Below, in pieces: positions 1 through 13,570 of a DNA stretch of 64,000 nt. Positions within the stretch are counted from its first letter, which is position 1, and each line of letters starts with the position of its first letter. A program made the position numbers and the translations under genes. The stretch comes from Chara braunii. Lineage: Eukaryota; Plantae; Charophyceae. Location: assembly GCA_003427395.1 (NCBI GenBank), contig BFEA01000013.1:1805827-1869826 (forward strand). The letters run 5' to 3'. The notes below the pieces were generated by a model that saw only the letters and a list, made by a program, of their open reading frames with translations, did no database searches and had not been told where the DNA came from.

Positions 1-93
<93 letters not shown>

Positions 94-123
94 TTATTAT
101 TTGAAAAAGAGAGAGAGAGAGAG
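1..123. repeat. (GA)n microsatellite
   Basis: GA dinucleotide run with one short interruption. Confidence 0.95.
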
Positions 124-734
124 TTATTATTTGAAAAAAAAAAAGACTCAAGAGAACCCTTTGGGCTGAGTGTACAATAAGCAAACATGTGTTATTTAAT
201 AAATGGTTTTGTACAAGACCTGTCGTGGATGTGTTTCGACCATCAAGTAGCATTTGCGTTTCGCATCTCACATTACTCACTATCAATTTATTGTACACAT
301 TGTTGCTTGTCTTGCAATGATACGCAGTGCGTCATGTGTAATGTGGGCCAAAATATGTCAACGTATGATTTTGTAAGAACATGAATCGTTTGGGCCGTTT
401 GCAGAAAACGCATTACGCACTTCCAAAAATGTTGAATATGATGTCACAAAGCAGTATTGGGCAGACACTAGAAAACATGTTCATCTTAATGGTGGGCGAG
501 AAGTACATGACTGGTTGACTACTGCGTGTCATGTTCTTGTCGTGCATGGATATGATGCTGGAAATTGGCACCCGGTAGCCAACCCGCGTGTCAATTTCGT
601 TCACATCCATCGGACATTTGCCTATGGCGCTGCATTCAAGGTTCACAGGAGCCAGTTTTCTGACATCATCAGTTTGGGTGATAAATAGCAACAGGGTCAG
701 TTTTCTGACATCATCAGTTTGGGTGGGAAGATGG

Positions 735-735
<1 letters not shown>

Positions 736-799
<64 letters not shown>
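736..799. repeat. (CT)n microsatellite among three copies of G(C/T)CAGTTTTCTGACA
   Basis: CT run; motif copies near 650, 696 and 822. Confidence 0.85.
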
Positions 800-802
<3 letters not shown>

Positions 803-2550
803 GGTGAAAAATAGCAACAGGGCCAGTTTTCTGACAAATTTCAAATATTCCCAACAATATCTGAAATGTTCAACAACATTTCAACAACTTGTAAACGACT
901 TTCAATAGTTTTTCAACAGTTTTTCAACAATTTTTCAACAATTGAACGAGTGTTGAACACAGTGTCGCATGTTTATGACATATGTTATCAACGTTGAGTT
1001 CCTTCATTTTTGGTGGAACACATACTACCCCCGCCAAACTGTTTATTAACACGAAACCAACAATTTAAAAGGGGTGCCCACATTTGATAAACCGTCCAAA
1101 AAAATGCCCACAATTATTTCGTTGCACCTTATTAGGCATTGCATCTGGAAGGCCCGAGTTGGGGTTACGCCGCACCAAAAAGGCTTCAAGACGGGGTCAG
1201 GCATGGCGTCCTGAACATCAGCGGGCATATCTGCTTCATGTTATCCTTTGCACAACAAGGCATGACCTTAGTAGTCAGCCATAGCCTTGACGTACATGAA
1301 GAGGAAGAAGAAGGGTGGTCGGGGTTATGGTGGACCTCACGTTGTGCCGGCTGTAGAAGAGGGATTCAAACATTGATTCTGGTTCAACCACTCAATATTA
1401 CTATTATTACTTGTTTGAATATAAGGGGAGGAGAAAATGAGGAGGAGCATGGTTGGTTAAGATGAAGGGAATTCTCATTGGTCTTTGTTTGTGTACATGT
1501 TCTTCTTCTTCTTCTTTGTTTCATCTTTTTATTCCCCCTCCCTCTCTCTCCTCTCAAGTTCATTCATTTTCTTTTACAATTGGACGACATTGTACTTTCT
1601 CATGAATATGTACTTCGAAATTGGCCAGGATTGTAACGTAGGTAAGATATGGGGCTTTGATGTGGAAAAAATTGACAAGTTGTTTTATTTCAAGGGCGGA
1701 CGGACTTTTTGAAAGAATAAAATTGAGCGTCATGGCCAAAACTAATCCTTAGTGAAGTCGAAGACAATGTTTCATACAAGATTAACGATCCATATGAGTT
1801 TATTAACTGATACATAAGTAGGGCATAATATCATAACTTATGTTCATGGAGGTATATGAGTCATATGACCCATGCATCTAATGTAGGCAAAAAAAAAACA
1901 TTCCCTACTCAAATGCTATTCTCAATCTTATGGGAACTTTTAGTGTACTCCATCGAATCATTGACCTTTTTGTCTTGCACATGTCTACTCAGGTATACAT
2001 ACGTTTGAGAAATTATCTGCGTTTTTTCCTAGTATATTTTTACCTCAACTTTATCTACATCTAATCATATTTTAGGCATAATATAATCTATTATTATATA
2101 TCTTGATAGTTTCAATAGCATAATCTCCTCATAGTTTGGATGAACAGAAAAGAAACTCTTACTTTTCATAATTGAGGTGAATCGTTGGAAGGTTTGACGA
2201 AGTCGTGAACAATCTATCAATCTTTAAAAATGTTCAACCCAACAACAACACGTGTGGTGAAATATTCGTCAACATTTGTATGGCCGAACCCAACAACAAC
2301 AGGTGTGGTGAACAGTTGTAATGACGACAGTCAGTGCTTATAGTGGATTTGCATCAACTAGTTGTTGCCGGCTGCATTTTGCCTAGATTTTTCAAAACCC
2401 AATTTTTTTTACAGAAGAGAGTGTGTTCCCAACCCATATTATACCTAGCCTTCACTAACAACAAATCAACAATTAACATTCGAAAGAGCAAGAAATAAGT
2501 CAAACTTAACAACGACAATGTTAGTTTGAGATCATCCGCCATATTATACT

Positions 2551-3048
2551 TGAGGCTCCGAGAAGCCTGCCTTACCACTATAATAATAAATACTACTGTA
2601 ATAACGAAGATCAATGTGGTAAGAGGAGCGAGGCTCCGAGAAGCCTGCCTTACCACCATAATAACAACGATCAATGTGGTAAGAGGAGCAAGGCTCCGAG
2701 ANNNNNNNNNNNNNNNNNNNNNNNNNNNNNNNNNNNNNNNNNNNNNNNNNNNNNNNNNNNNNNNNNNNNNNNNNNNNNNNNNNNNNAGAGGAGCAAGGCT
2801 CCGAGAAGCCTGTCTTACCACTGAAATAACTAAGATCAATGTGGTAAGAGGAGCGAGGCTCCGAGAAGCCTGCCTTACCACTGCAACAACAAAAGAAACA
2901 AGTAAGATAAGAGTAAGCGAGGTTCCGAGAAGCCTGCCTTATCACTACAACGATAAGAAAAAGGTGATAAGAGTAAGCGAGGCTCCGAGAAGCCTGCCTT
3001 ATCACCACAATGATAAGAAACAGGTGATAAGAGTAAGCGAGGCTCCGA
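2551..3048 (+). repeat. ~60-bp tandem stem-loop array in LTR A (resumes at 10382-10465)
   Basis: Unit GTG(G/A)TAAGAG(G/TA)AGCGAGGCTCCGAGAAGCCTGCCTTA(C/T)CAC plus A-rich linker; GGTAAG/CTTACC covaries with GATAAG/CTTATC. Confidence 0.9.
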
Positions 3049-6000
3049 TGTTGGTGCGGATACCCTTATAAAGGTACTCGCACTGGAATTTTGCAGTTGA
3101 CAGAGAAATGGGTCGATTCATAATTAAATGGGAAGACCCCGCAAGTCGCAGGGGTTCGCGGACTAAGGATTCGGCGGTAACATCCAGAATTAGAGAGTGT
3201 GCGGGCGCACAGGTTTGAGGCGCGCGTGATTTTTTCCTCTTTGATCGCAATGGAAGACGTGGCGTGGATTCCGGTCGACGTGCTTCATTATAATAGTTGT
3301 TTGTTTTGATTAAACTGACTAACCTATGGGCGTTCTTTTCTCTAGTCCCGCGTGGTATGGTGGACGGTTCAGTGAGCCTGTGTGGACTTACGCGGAATCC
3401 AGATGATGGGACCTGATGGATTTGGCTAAGGACGGGTAGCCGCGGCGAGGCCGGTAGGCTGACGCGAGTTTTTGGGTGGTCTTTTGTGCGAGTGTGGGCC
3501 GGGAAGTGGCATAGGGTGTTTCCTTGGACCCAAGAGCCGGGCGCTACCTCTTTATTAGGAGATTCAAGCCCACTAGTACCAGGCTTGAGTTTAGCCCTAT
3601 AGGTTACAGCATCGGACTGGTACACCGCAGACGCAGGGATCGAGGCCAATAACATGCAGTAAGGGAGCGGAGGAGCGAGGCGAAAAGGGCTTGAGGGGTT
3701 GATGGGCCTGTAAGGCCATCCCCCTCGCCTTTTGCTACTGCGGGGGCCGCGGTTTCCGCCCGACTACTGCACGCTTGGCAGTCGTTATATATCTGTATAT
3801 GTATAATTTGTTTATTGTGAGTTTTTGTTATTAATTTTTTTTTTTCTATTACGCCCGTGTGTGGGCGCGAAACCGCGGCGGGTACACTCGTGAACTGTGA
3901 GATACGGGCAGGTGTTCGCCCCAGAGGGTGGGGCTTGATGAGTAGCACCAAACAGTTTGGATAGCCTAGGGCCGCGCAGGATCCGACAGGCCGCGAGCTA
4001 CTGTCACGGGCAAGTCCTTCGGGACATCTCGAGAGAAATTGGAACGATACAGAGTAGATTAGCCTGGCGCCCGTACGTGGTCGGCGCGTATAAATTGGAA
4101 GAAGGCCCGGGGCGCCGGGGCTTGGCTGTTTGGGCAGTTTCAGGCTTTTTTTTTTTTCCACATTTTGTTGTGGAATCGGGCGCTGCGTAGGGGCTGTGCC
4201 AATCGAGATGGCGCTGAGGACAGTGGGCGGGTCAGCGGAGATGATGACGACGAGGGCGGTTAGCGAACGAACCTGACCCGAGAACGGGACGAGGTGCGCC
4301 CGGAGGTGAAGACGAGGAAGGGACTACAGCGGGTCGGAGCTAGCGAGCGGGGCGGAGGTATGATCGAGGTGGGGGACGAGTGAAACCGGGCGCAATATTG
4401 CGTCGGGTGCCTTCGACTTTGAGGAAGGCAGCAAAGGATGGAGACAAGGGTGAAGGAACCCGAACACGACTCTGTGCCGGGTGCATTCACTATGAGGAGG
4501 GTGAGTGGCGGAGTGAACCCGGAGGGATCCCTACGCCGGGTACATGCGCAGAGCAGCGAGGCGCAGTGGTAGAAGGAAAAGGAGGCTGAACCCGGACGGG
4601 AGAACGGGCCAGGCACGTGTGGATCGAAGAGAGGGATGGCGGAGCTGAGTGGGGCTATGGCGGAGCGAAAAACGCTGATCTCGGCAGATTGTTGACTAAA
4701 TCAAGCTAGGAAAGAAAGGAGATAGGGGTTTCTAATGATGGCGAATACAGATCTTTGGTTAGTTTGAGTGATAGGTTAGTAGACGTGGACTTAGTAGCGA
4801 AACGGGCTGCGCGCGGGGTGTAGAGGAAGCCGGATATGGCAGAAGGAAAACACGATACGGGCGGATTGAACTGTTAAGACGGGGTTTCTGGGGCGGGCAG
4901 CCGCGAATACGAGGCCAAATCAATGTGAGAGCTAGTAAAAAGAAAGGTTGAGCGAGAGTATAGGAAGCGCAGCTATGGCCAAAGTTGAAGGGCGCTCGAA
5001 CCCAACCGTGCCTTGGTAAAGACGAACGAGTGGAGGCTCACTTCGAGGGTTGAGTGAATCTAGCCGTATTTACGGGCAGATTCAGTCAATCCTGGACGTC
5101 ATATCGAGTGGGCAGTATGGGCTGACCAAGAGGCTGGAGACTTACCTGCTACTCGGAGTGCTACTAGTTCTGTCGAGAGAAGGGGCCTCATGTTAGCTCC
5201 GGTAGGCACGAATGAAGGAGCGGGAGTCGGAAGGGAACCAAGCCTCGAGCTACATCCTTGAGTCGTGCCTCGGTGTGACAGATGCGCAAGGGCAAGGGTC
5301 AGTGGGTAAAGGCACGACGGACGACACATATACGCAGAGGGAGAGAGAGAAGGCTCGTCTAGGACAGGTGATAGGGGAGGAAATAAGGACCGAGCTCCAG
5401 TGTACCCGTCCATGCTCCAGTGCCAAGTTCGTTTCTGCTGCATGAGGGACGCCTAGTTGCGCAGCGCGCGACAACTACTAGTCCCGCCTATGATTACGGC
5501 CGCCACCACGAGTGAAAGGTTTGCGCTACTCAAGATCCGAAGTCGAGCCCTAGCCTGTAGATGCGAACCGACATGTCAAATGTGGGGTGAATCTGAGCTA
5601 CTGGTTGTGTTGATGCTGGTATGGTTACTGCTGACCTGCACCGCTGTATGCGACTGGAGTTGCAGACAGGGCATAAATTACTGTTACTGGCTACCGTCAC
5701 GAGTGCCTATTGAGTGTGAGGCTCAACTGTGGACTGAGTGTGGGCTGCAGGAGCCGGCAACTAATGCTGTTGCTGGTGATCGCCGCTGGGCAAAGTAGCC
5801 GCTGACTGGTGCGTCCGGGCACAGACGACGGCTGCTGCTGCTGATGACCATGGCTAGACCATGACTGTATACTGCGCATTGGTTGTTACTATCGAAGACA
5901 GTTACTAAGGTTGCCCCTCATTGCAGGGGATCATCGCTGCATATTGCTGCTGGCGACAACTGTAGCTGGCTATACAAACTACGACAAGGCCTACGTACTG

Positions 6001-6634
6001 TGTGTGAGGATTATTGTCCGCTGTAAGCTGTATGTGGTATGTCGCCATAGTTTGGTGTTGAATGTTGCATATTGTTGTGCATTGATGCCCACAACTGGCC
6101 ACACCTGCGAACCACTGATACCACTGATAGGGCGTGAGCTACTGCCGCCGGCAACCGCTGGTGTTGCTGTTAACTGCTGTCAGATGCTGCTGCTGAGAAT
6201 TGGGTACGGAATGTTACCCTCGTTACTGGTTGCCACTACGTATGGCTGTAGCCCCTAAAGGCTGAGGCAAGTTGTTGGGTGGCCACAAACGAGCCAAGGA
6301 GAGGCGTTGAGGCTCGGGGAAGGGACTAGACCGGACAAGAAGGAGGATGGCGTTGCAAGTTAGGGGATCACGAGGGGTTTGATTTCCAGCAATCTGACGC
6401 CGGATTGACCAAGCTGTCATACTGCTTGACCACCATTGCGGGGTCCTGAGGCGCACGAAAATTACAAGGCCCTCTCCTGCGAGTCTGAGTGCACCTCTCT
6501 TGGATCTGAGAGTCTCAAAGCTTCTCCTTCTGCCCTTCTTACTCTAAGTCTAGTCTGTTGGATCTGAGAGGAAGGCGCCAGGCGGGATTGCAACCCGTAG
6601 GACCACAGCAAGACTCTGTGGGGAGTCATCCCAC

Positions 6635-6697
6635 CGATTGCGGGAGCTCTGTCGGAACTCAGGAGGAGTTCTGGAGGCAGGGAACTGACAGGTAACC
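6635..6697 (+). promoter_or_regulatory. Conserved LTR hairpin plus 5' splice site (CAG|GTAACC, GT at 6692)
   Basis: Homologous to 16784-16846(-), 35375-35437(-), 43131-43194 and 57680-57742, with compensatory stem changes. Confidence 0.7.
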
Positions 6698-6959
6698 ATT
6701 GCTTTCCCTCTATACACCTAAGCTATAACCCTTATCTGTATTTCTCATTGCATCTCTGACTGGATATATGATGCACAACCCTACTTTTTTTTTTTTTTTT
6801 TTGACTTTCAGAACACTGAACACGACTAAGTAAAGGAATGTCTGTTCAAGTTTCAGTTTCAACTTTATTGATTGTGTGAATTCAGATTGCTGAAAAGAAC
6901 TGCATTTGGGGAAAGGCAGGATGGAGGGTTGTTTTGCTTGAGGGTTGAGTGGGTCATTA

Positions 6960-8740
6960 AGGCTGGGAGGTCCCCATAAGTTTGGGGAGACGCAGTGCTT
7001 TGTTTCATTTTTTGTTTGCATGGAGAAACAGACCCTTCTATAAGTTTAGGGGGTCTGATTACTCTGGAGGCTGGGATGTCCCCATAAGTTTGGGGAGACC
7101 CAGTGCTATGGTTTGCATGGAGGGTCAGGCTGTTCTATAAGTTTAGGTGGCCTGACTGTTCTGGCTTGTGAGGGCCGACTGGGGATGACTTTTCAGGCAC
7201 CAAGTGCATTTTGTAAGTTCAGGTGCCTTGGCCGCCTTGCTTATTTTGGGTTTTCTTCTGTTTATTTTTTCTCTAAACGAGAAAGTCTGAGTTGTTCTAT
7301 AAGTTTAGCTGGCTCAGTCTCTTCCTGCTTTATTATGAGAAAATGAACTTGACAAAGGGCAGATTGTTTTGTAAGTTCAGGTGATCTAGCCCAGTGCCAC
7401 ACACAGAATGGATCAGGCATAAATTAATCACGCAGAGAGCCCAACTGTTCTGTAAGTTCAGGTGGTCTGACTCAAAGCCTCGCACATGCTGGAATCCAAA
7501 GGTTACAACTTGGCTATATTTTATTATTATTCTATCTAAAAACGAGTTAATCAGACTGTTCTATAAGTTTAGGTGGTCTAACTATAGCCTATCACAACCT
7601 GAAGAGAGTATAGCTAAGAATAAAATTGGTGGTAAACTGGGGCAGACTGAACTTAAGTTAGTTTTGTCATATGCAGTCTTAGAAGACAAAGGAGAAGACG
7701 GGTACATATAACTTGAATATCTTAAACAGTTCAGGGCGACTAGAGTGGTCTAGTCATGTGCCCAAGGAAGAGAAAAGTAGTTGTGCCCTCTGTTCGTGTA
7801 TATTCACTGACAAGTCAGGTTCATTTCATAAGTTTGGGTGTCCTGACTCTATGCCTCGTTAAGTAAGATTCATTCCATAAGTTTGGGTGGCCTGACCTTA
7901 TGCCTTATGTAAGTAGGGTATTAGGGGTTAAGTTACTAAAGGACCATGAACTATTGGTTGTTGGAATGAACTTGGATGGTGAGAGTACTTACATTTGTGG
8001 TCTGGCCTGCATGTGGTTGAGTGAGGCTGTTACCCTGGCTGAGCTTTAGTTTGATAGGTAGCTGCTTTAGTTGCTCGCCACGTGCTAGAGCGATAGGAGT
8101 TAGTTTCAATTCCTGCATTTTCTGTAGTAACTTTTTTTACTTAGGTCAATTCCTGCATTTTATGGGATCATTTTTTTTGTACTTGGCTTTGTATAAATCT
8201 TGGCAAGCTACTTTCTCTACGGGAAGCGCTGCCGAAATTTCTACAAATCCAAGGAGTTAGTCAGATTTTGACTTGTCAAAAGTTCAACTTGTCTTTCTTA
8301 TATCTGACTTAGTAAAAATCGGGGAAGTCTCCTTTTCTAAAGGGAGTGCTGCCCAAATTTTTGTTAATTCAGGGAGTTAGACAAAAATTGGACTTTGAGA
8401 AGTCAAATGTTACTTTTCAATTCTGGACTTAGCCTTGTATAAATTTTGGAATAACACTTTTCTAGAGAGAGTGCTGCCGAAATTTCTGCAAAACTAAGGA
8501 GTTAGTTAAATCTTGTCTAAAGTTGAACTCAAGTTGTCTTTTGAAGTTCATATCTGACTTAGTATAAATCTGGGAAGTCTCCCTTTCTAAAAGGAATGAT
8601 GCCCAAATTTTTACTAATTAAGGGAGTTAGACAAAATTGGACTTTCCAGAATTAAAGTTTATTTCTGCTTTCATATTTTGGACTTATATAAATCCTGGAA
8701 AGACATTTTCCCTACAGGAAGCGCTTCCGAAATTTTTAAA
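6960..8740 (+). repeat. Degenerate stem-loop arrays in LTR C
   Basis: About ten hairpins with TAAGTT loops (6960-7900), then about five ~120-bp units AAAT..GG.AAG..CTTT.CTA..GG.AG.GCTGCC.AAATTT (8190-8740). Confidence 0.7.
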
Positions 8741-11700
8741 AGGAGATCGATTATATTTTGACAGGTGACAATTTTTTATAGTCCACTCTGTATGGGGGAG
8801 ATTCTGCCATGTTGCTTAGAGGTAGGCTTAGATATAGTTGACTGGATGATTTGGATAAGATCACGATATGAAGATTGTTCTCCATGGACTTATAGATTTA
8901 GCCGGGGGCATTGACATGTCATGTATTACAGGTCCTCTTGATCGTTTGACTCAAGGTCCGGACTAGATTCAGCTTGATCCCTTGAGGGTCATCATCTGTT
9001 ATCATTGATAACAGGTCGGTTGCCGATTCGTCGGTCTACGACTCAATTCCAACTCACCCTCCACACTCAATCTAAAAGGCTTTAGCCCTAGTGATTTTCA
9101 TTGTTTCATTAAGGTTTCACCCATACTTTTATTGAATGGCCATTTAACAAAGGTACTGAGTATTTAATCAAGGTTAGTTGGACAAGAGGTTGGGGCGTGC
9201 ATGGCTAAAGCGAGGGGTATGAGTGTCGAGAATGGTTGAAGTTGACCCCGTGTAGTGCATGGACTTTCTGGTTGAATCTTTGATGTGATTGCAGGTATGC
9301 TTGGTGATTCGGACTTGGGATTTGATTGTCTGCGAGTGTTTCGTGCGGTCTATTGCGACCGCACGTAAGGGTTAAACAAATTATGTGTTCGAGAGAAAAG
9401 GGAGATCCTCTTTTATCCTTTGCTTTTTAGAGATTTTTATAGTCGGACGTTGGTCCTGGACCGGGTTTCAAGGTCCTTGTCCAGAACATCCCAAGCCCTA
9501 GACTCTGTAGGAAGGAATTTGCCCCCGTGCAGAGCCTATTTGCCTTGCCAACCGAGACGCTCAGACCAAAGGCTGGAGGTCTCGCGGCGGCTGCACGACT
9601 ATTCCTTCAGCCGTGCAATGTCGTGAGGGACTAGACCCTCCCGACACTTCAAGTCTGACACTTGAGTGTCATAAGCGGTACTCGGATCCACGAGGGACCG
9701 CTTGATTATGGGCACTACATAGTACGCCATCATTGCGACTGCTTGCGTACACTTGCATTGGGAATCAGTATGTGTAGGCCCTGTGTCCGCGCGGTTTTAT
9801 ACTAAGTCTCGCACGCGACGCCTATCCGATTTCCGCATCGGAAAGTTATGGGATAACTACTAAAGAGACTAAAAGTGTTGTCGCGTTGTTCGGTGTGTGT
9901 GTGAGTGTTTTACTGTTGCGTTCGTGGAGTGGTGTATGCGTGGTGAGTGGGATATGTCCTAGTCGACCGACGACGAGTCGCGCTTGAGACCTCAGCCCCC
10001 CAAGATGTCGGTTCTCGTGCGGGTTCGATAGAGGCGTACTACTGCGCGTACCCCCTATGCTACAGCGAACGAGAAACGCCCTCGGTTGGTCCACCTCTGC
10101 GATTGCAACTGATTAGCTTTCGTACCGTGGACTGGTAGCTCGGCGGGGATACGCCCCACCAAAGGGAGGTGACAGCTCCCGTAAGGTGGAGGTAAGTCGC
10201 GCCTCACGTAGGCCCTATCCTGTCATAGGGGTTCGCGAGAGGTATGGCTGGCGCACTCGGTCGGAGCGGCTTGCGGAAGCTCCATGTATATTTGCGACGA
10301 GGATTTAGACCAACTTCTGCGTGACGCGGCCGGGAGGGTCTCGCGCTGCCCTGGTGCGATGCCGGACCGATGCGCTCGACACGGAGAAACCTGCCTTATC
10401 ACCACAACGATAAGAAACAATGTGATAAGAGGAGTGAGGCTCCGAGAAGCTCGCCTTATTACCATTTTGCCTTGCTCCAATGCAGGATAATGAATAGGAG
10501 AAGTAAGACCCTCGAGGTCTGTCCTATCACAAGTAGACGATGGAAAAATCCCGAGCGGTCTACCATATTACTACTAACCTTCTCAATAAAATTGGATCAA
10601 TCAATTACCAACAGACTGTTTCTGATTCTATTGAGGAGAGGATACTGAGATCTTGACCCTGAGAGACTTATCACTTTATCTTGGAACTTCTGATTTGTTT
10701 TTTATCATGTGATCCTTCTCCAAGATGAATTGACGACATTGTTTGTGCTTGTCATGAAAAGAACCAAGAAAAGGGGTTGTGATAAACAACCTTAAAAGAT
10801 AACTTATATAGGATCACTGGGTCGGAAGAGCTGGGAATGAACTTTGTTCATTACCCAAACCCATAAGACAACAGCCTGACAGTTAGGTAAGGATAGAGGC
10901 TAGACAGTGGGTCACCGGTGAGCATCGATCTTTAGGTCACAAATCTAGAATGAATTATCTAAACCTTAGGATAAGAAAAAGGATGTTAAGTTTCTTTCAG
11001 ACTGTGTTGTGTCTATAGATTTCATCACACTTGGAGAAGATTACGGAAGAAAACCGTAAGGAACTGCAATTCTGTTATCATTGGATAACAGGTCGGTAGA
11101 ATTCCGACTCAACCTCCACATGGCTTGATACCCACACCTAAGACAAAACCTAAAAAAGAAAATTGACAGATCTTCCCCTGTACCTTAACCTAAATTGTCG
11201 AAATCATCTCTCAAAGGTCTTTGAAAAGGTGAAGGGCTCGATAATAGGACCCAGGAGCAAGAAGGAGTGTTGTTTTCAAGGTTTTGGGAAGTGAGGAACT
11301 TAATATGAATAGGTTAAACGCTGACGCTTGTAGCGCATTCTGTGTTTTGCATTTGTATGCGTGTATGTGTTTTCTTGCATCTGCACAGGTGTTGGGCAGT
11401 GAACTGTCTTTTCCGGACTTAAAGTCACCTGCGATATCCGGACACAAGGCACTGCAATTGTGAAAGTGAGATCTACCGCTTATTCGCTCTTTTGATATAC
11501 ATATGTACTTATATATGTCTATGAACAAGTCCACACTCTGGTCTGAGCTTAGGAAGGTTATTGTCTGGGATTTTGTTGAGATCTTGAGAGAGTGAGAGAT
11601 TACAAAAGGGTTTGGACTTTGACATTTTCTCGTATGGTCAACGAAGGAACATAGATTCTTTATCATATTTAGCTAATCGTGGAAGATTGTCCGGAATAGT

Positions 11701-12096
11701 CGACTTGATAAGAATAGTTGGTCCGAGGGAGTTAGTACCTCGAGCCACAATATACAAGTCAGTCTTAAGGCGTTCTACCGCGCGTATGCCTATGCTACGG
11801 CGATGGAGAAAAACGTCATCGGTTGGCCTATCTCTGCGATTGTATGTAAGAGTCTTCGCACGTGGGTCGGTAGCTCAGCAGGGATCCGCCCGCCTAAGGG
11901 ATACTCCCGCAGGTGGAGGTAAGTTGTACCTCACGGGATCTCTAACCTGTCGTAAGGATTCGCGAGAGGTATAGCACGCGCGCACGGTCGGAGTGGTGTT
12001 TTGCATAGGTGACAAAAGACTCTTGCATGATATGACCGTGAGGTCCGACACAAGAATTACTTTGCGTCTGGGTGTGGGACCGCCGCGTGCAACAGG

Positions 12097-12116
12097 TGCC
12101 GCCGTTGCTAGGGATC
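12097..12116 (+). promoter_or_regulatory. Primer-binding site of element A (tRNA-Asp)
   Basis: TGCCGCCGTTGCTAGGGATC matches TGGCGCCGTTGCCGGGGATC (complement of the plant tRNA-Asp 3' end) at 17/20, 2 nt after the LTR end. Confidence 0.85.
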
Positions 12117-13570
12117 TCGCTTCCAAGCCGAGGTCCTTAGTGAACTGACTCGGGTACGGTAAGTCGATGATTCAGGCAAAACGACAAATACAACTTATTA
12201 GGCTAAAACTTGAGTTACAAATGTGAAGAGTGGGCTGGTAATATAGGTGGGGCTCCTATCGGCAAGAATCACCTTAGAAAGTAGATAGTCCTCTGAGAAT
12301 AATTTGAGGTTATCAGGGGCCGTTCAAAGGACAAAAGTGTTAGGTCACTCCTAGGACGACATTAATTAAATTGTGTCCGCACTTTAAATGACACTCAAAG
12401 GTCGTGGGACCGTTGCTGGGAGACGAAGAGGCGGAAGGTTAGGAAAGGCAGCCGAAAGAACCATAAATTTAACCAAAGAACGAGGAAACTGGGAGGAAGA
12501 AGCAGATGAAGGACCAGGGGAGAAGTAGGAATGGTTGAGAGCACGTAAACATCAGGAGGAATGGCGTGAACGCACTCCTTCACCAGGGAAGATGGCTTAC
12601 TATTCCTATAAATATGAGAGGCGTTACGACGCGTCTCCACCACGTTTTGAATCACCTAGCCGACCTCGCTTCGGACCTTACACACCGCCGTCTTCCTCGG
12701 CTAAGGAGAGACAACTGACGATCCTTCCTCTGCCACGCTTATCAACAGCACAGTCAACGCCTCACGTTCCGGACCCTCCTGTTGTTTCCCAATCTACGTC
12801 GCCTGACAAGAGATTATGTATCTCTCTTGATGTTTTTGATATGCCACATAGAAATTTGTTGATTGGTATTCTACTCATTATATAGAAAAATTATATGTAA
12901 AAAAAAAAACGAAAGGGCACGATAATGGGACAAAATAAAGGTGGTCGGTTGATCCTGAGCTTGACAAACAAAACTGTCAGTCTTAGTGATATTTAAATGA
13001 AGGGAAAGTGGGTTGGATTGTGTTGTGTAACAAATAGGCGGAGTATATCAACAAGAACAAGATGACTTCAGCTCGGTACCAGTTCACGATCAGAGAGCCC
13101 AGACAAATGAGGAGCGGTCTAATGATGAATTTACCAACTCATCATGAGAAGAATGAGGAAACATGGTATTGTTGGAGGAAGTCTATGGGGGAATATGCCC
13201 TCGTCTGGATTGAGTCTGGATGGATCAAAGGTGAAAGTTGTGCAATAGAAAGGGTTACATTGTATATTTCAGCGGAATATTTGCAAGCTATCATAATAAA
13301 TTTAGCCTTAGGAATAGATCGATCTCTTTCGAGGCTAATGTGGTTTGCGGAGTCCGCACTCAATACTCGGAGCAGGGACGCGCATCTGAATGGGTTTGAA
13401 AGAGTTATAAGAACAGTGAAAGTAAAAAGTGCTTTCGAACTCCTTCCGCCGGCCTCATACCTAAGAGGAACCCTTCCTATGTTTATCGTGAATGAAGCCT
13501 TCAGAGGGAGGTCGCGAGTAGAGAAAGCTACGGAAGCCACATTGGCAGTGCCCGAATGGGGATATCACGA

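Larger units (their letters stand above)
3049..10381 (+). mobile_element. Solo LTR C (7.3 kb) inserted in the loop of one array hairpin
   Basis: Starts TGTTGG plus terminal palindrome, ends CTCGACA; TSD CCGA/CGGA (1 mismatch); the split unit GGCTCCGA|GAA resumes after it; no PBS follows. Confidence 0.85.
2551..12094 (+). repeat. Remnant of the 5' LTR of element A (interrupted by solo LTR C at 3049-10381)
   Basis: 10382-12094 is homologous to the 3' part of the element E LTR (~45300-46848); ends in CA two bases before the PBS. Confidence 0.85.

Noticed and set aside
11868-11940. tRNA gene starting at GGTAGCTCAG
   Set aside because: A-box-like only; no T-arm GTTC motif or cloverleaf at the expected spacing
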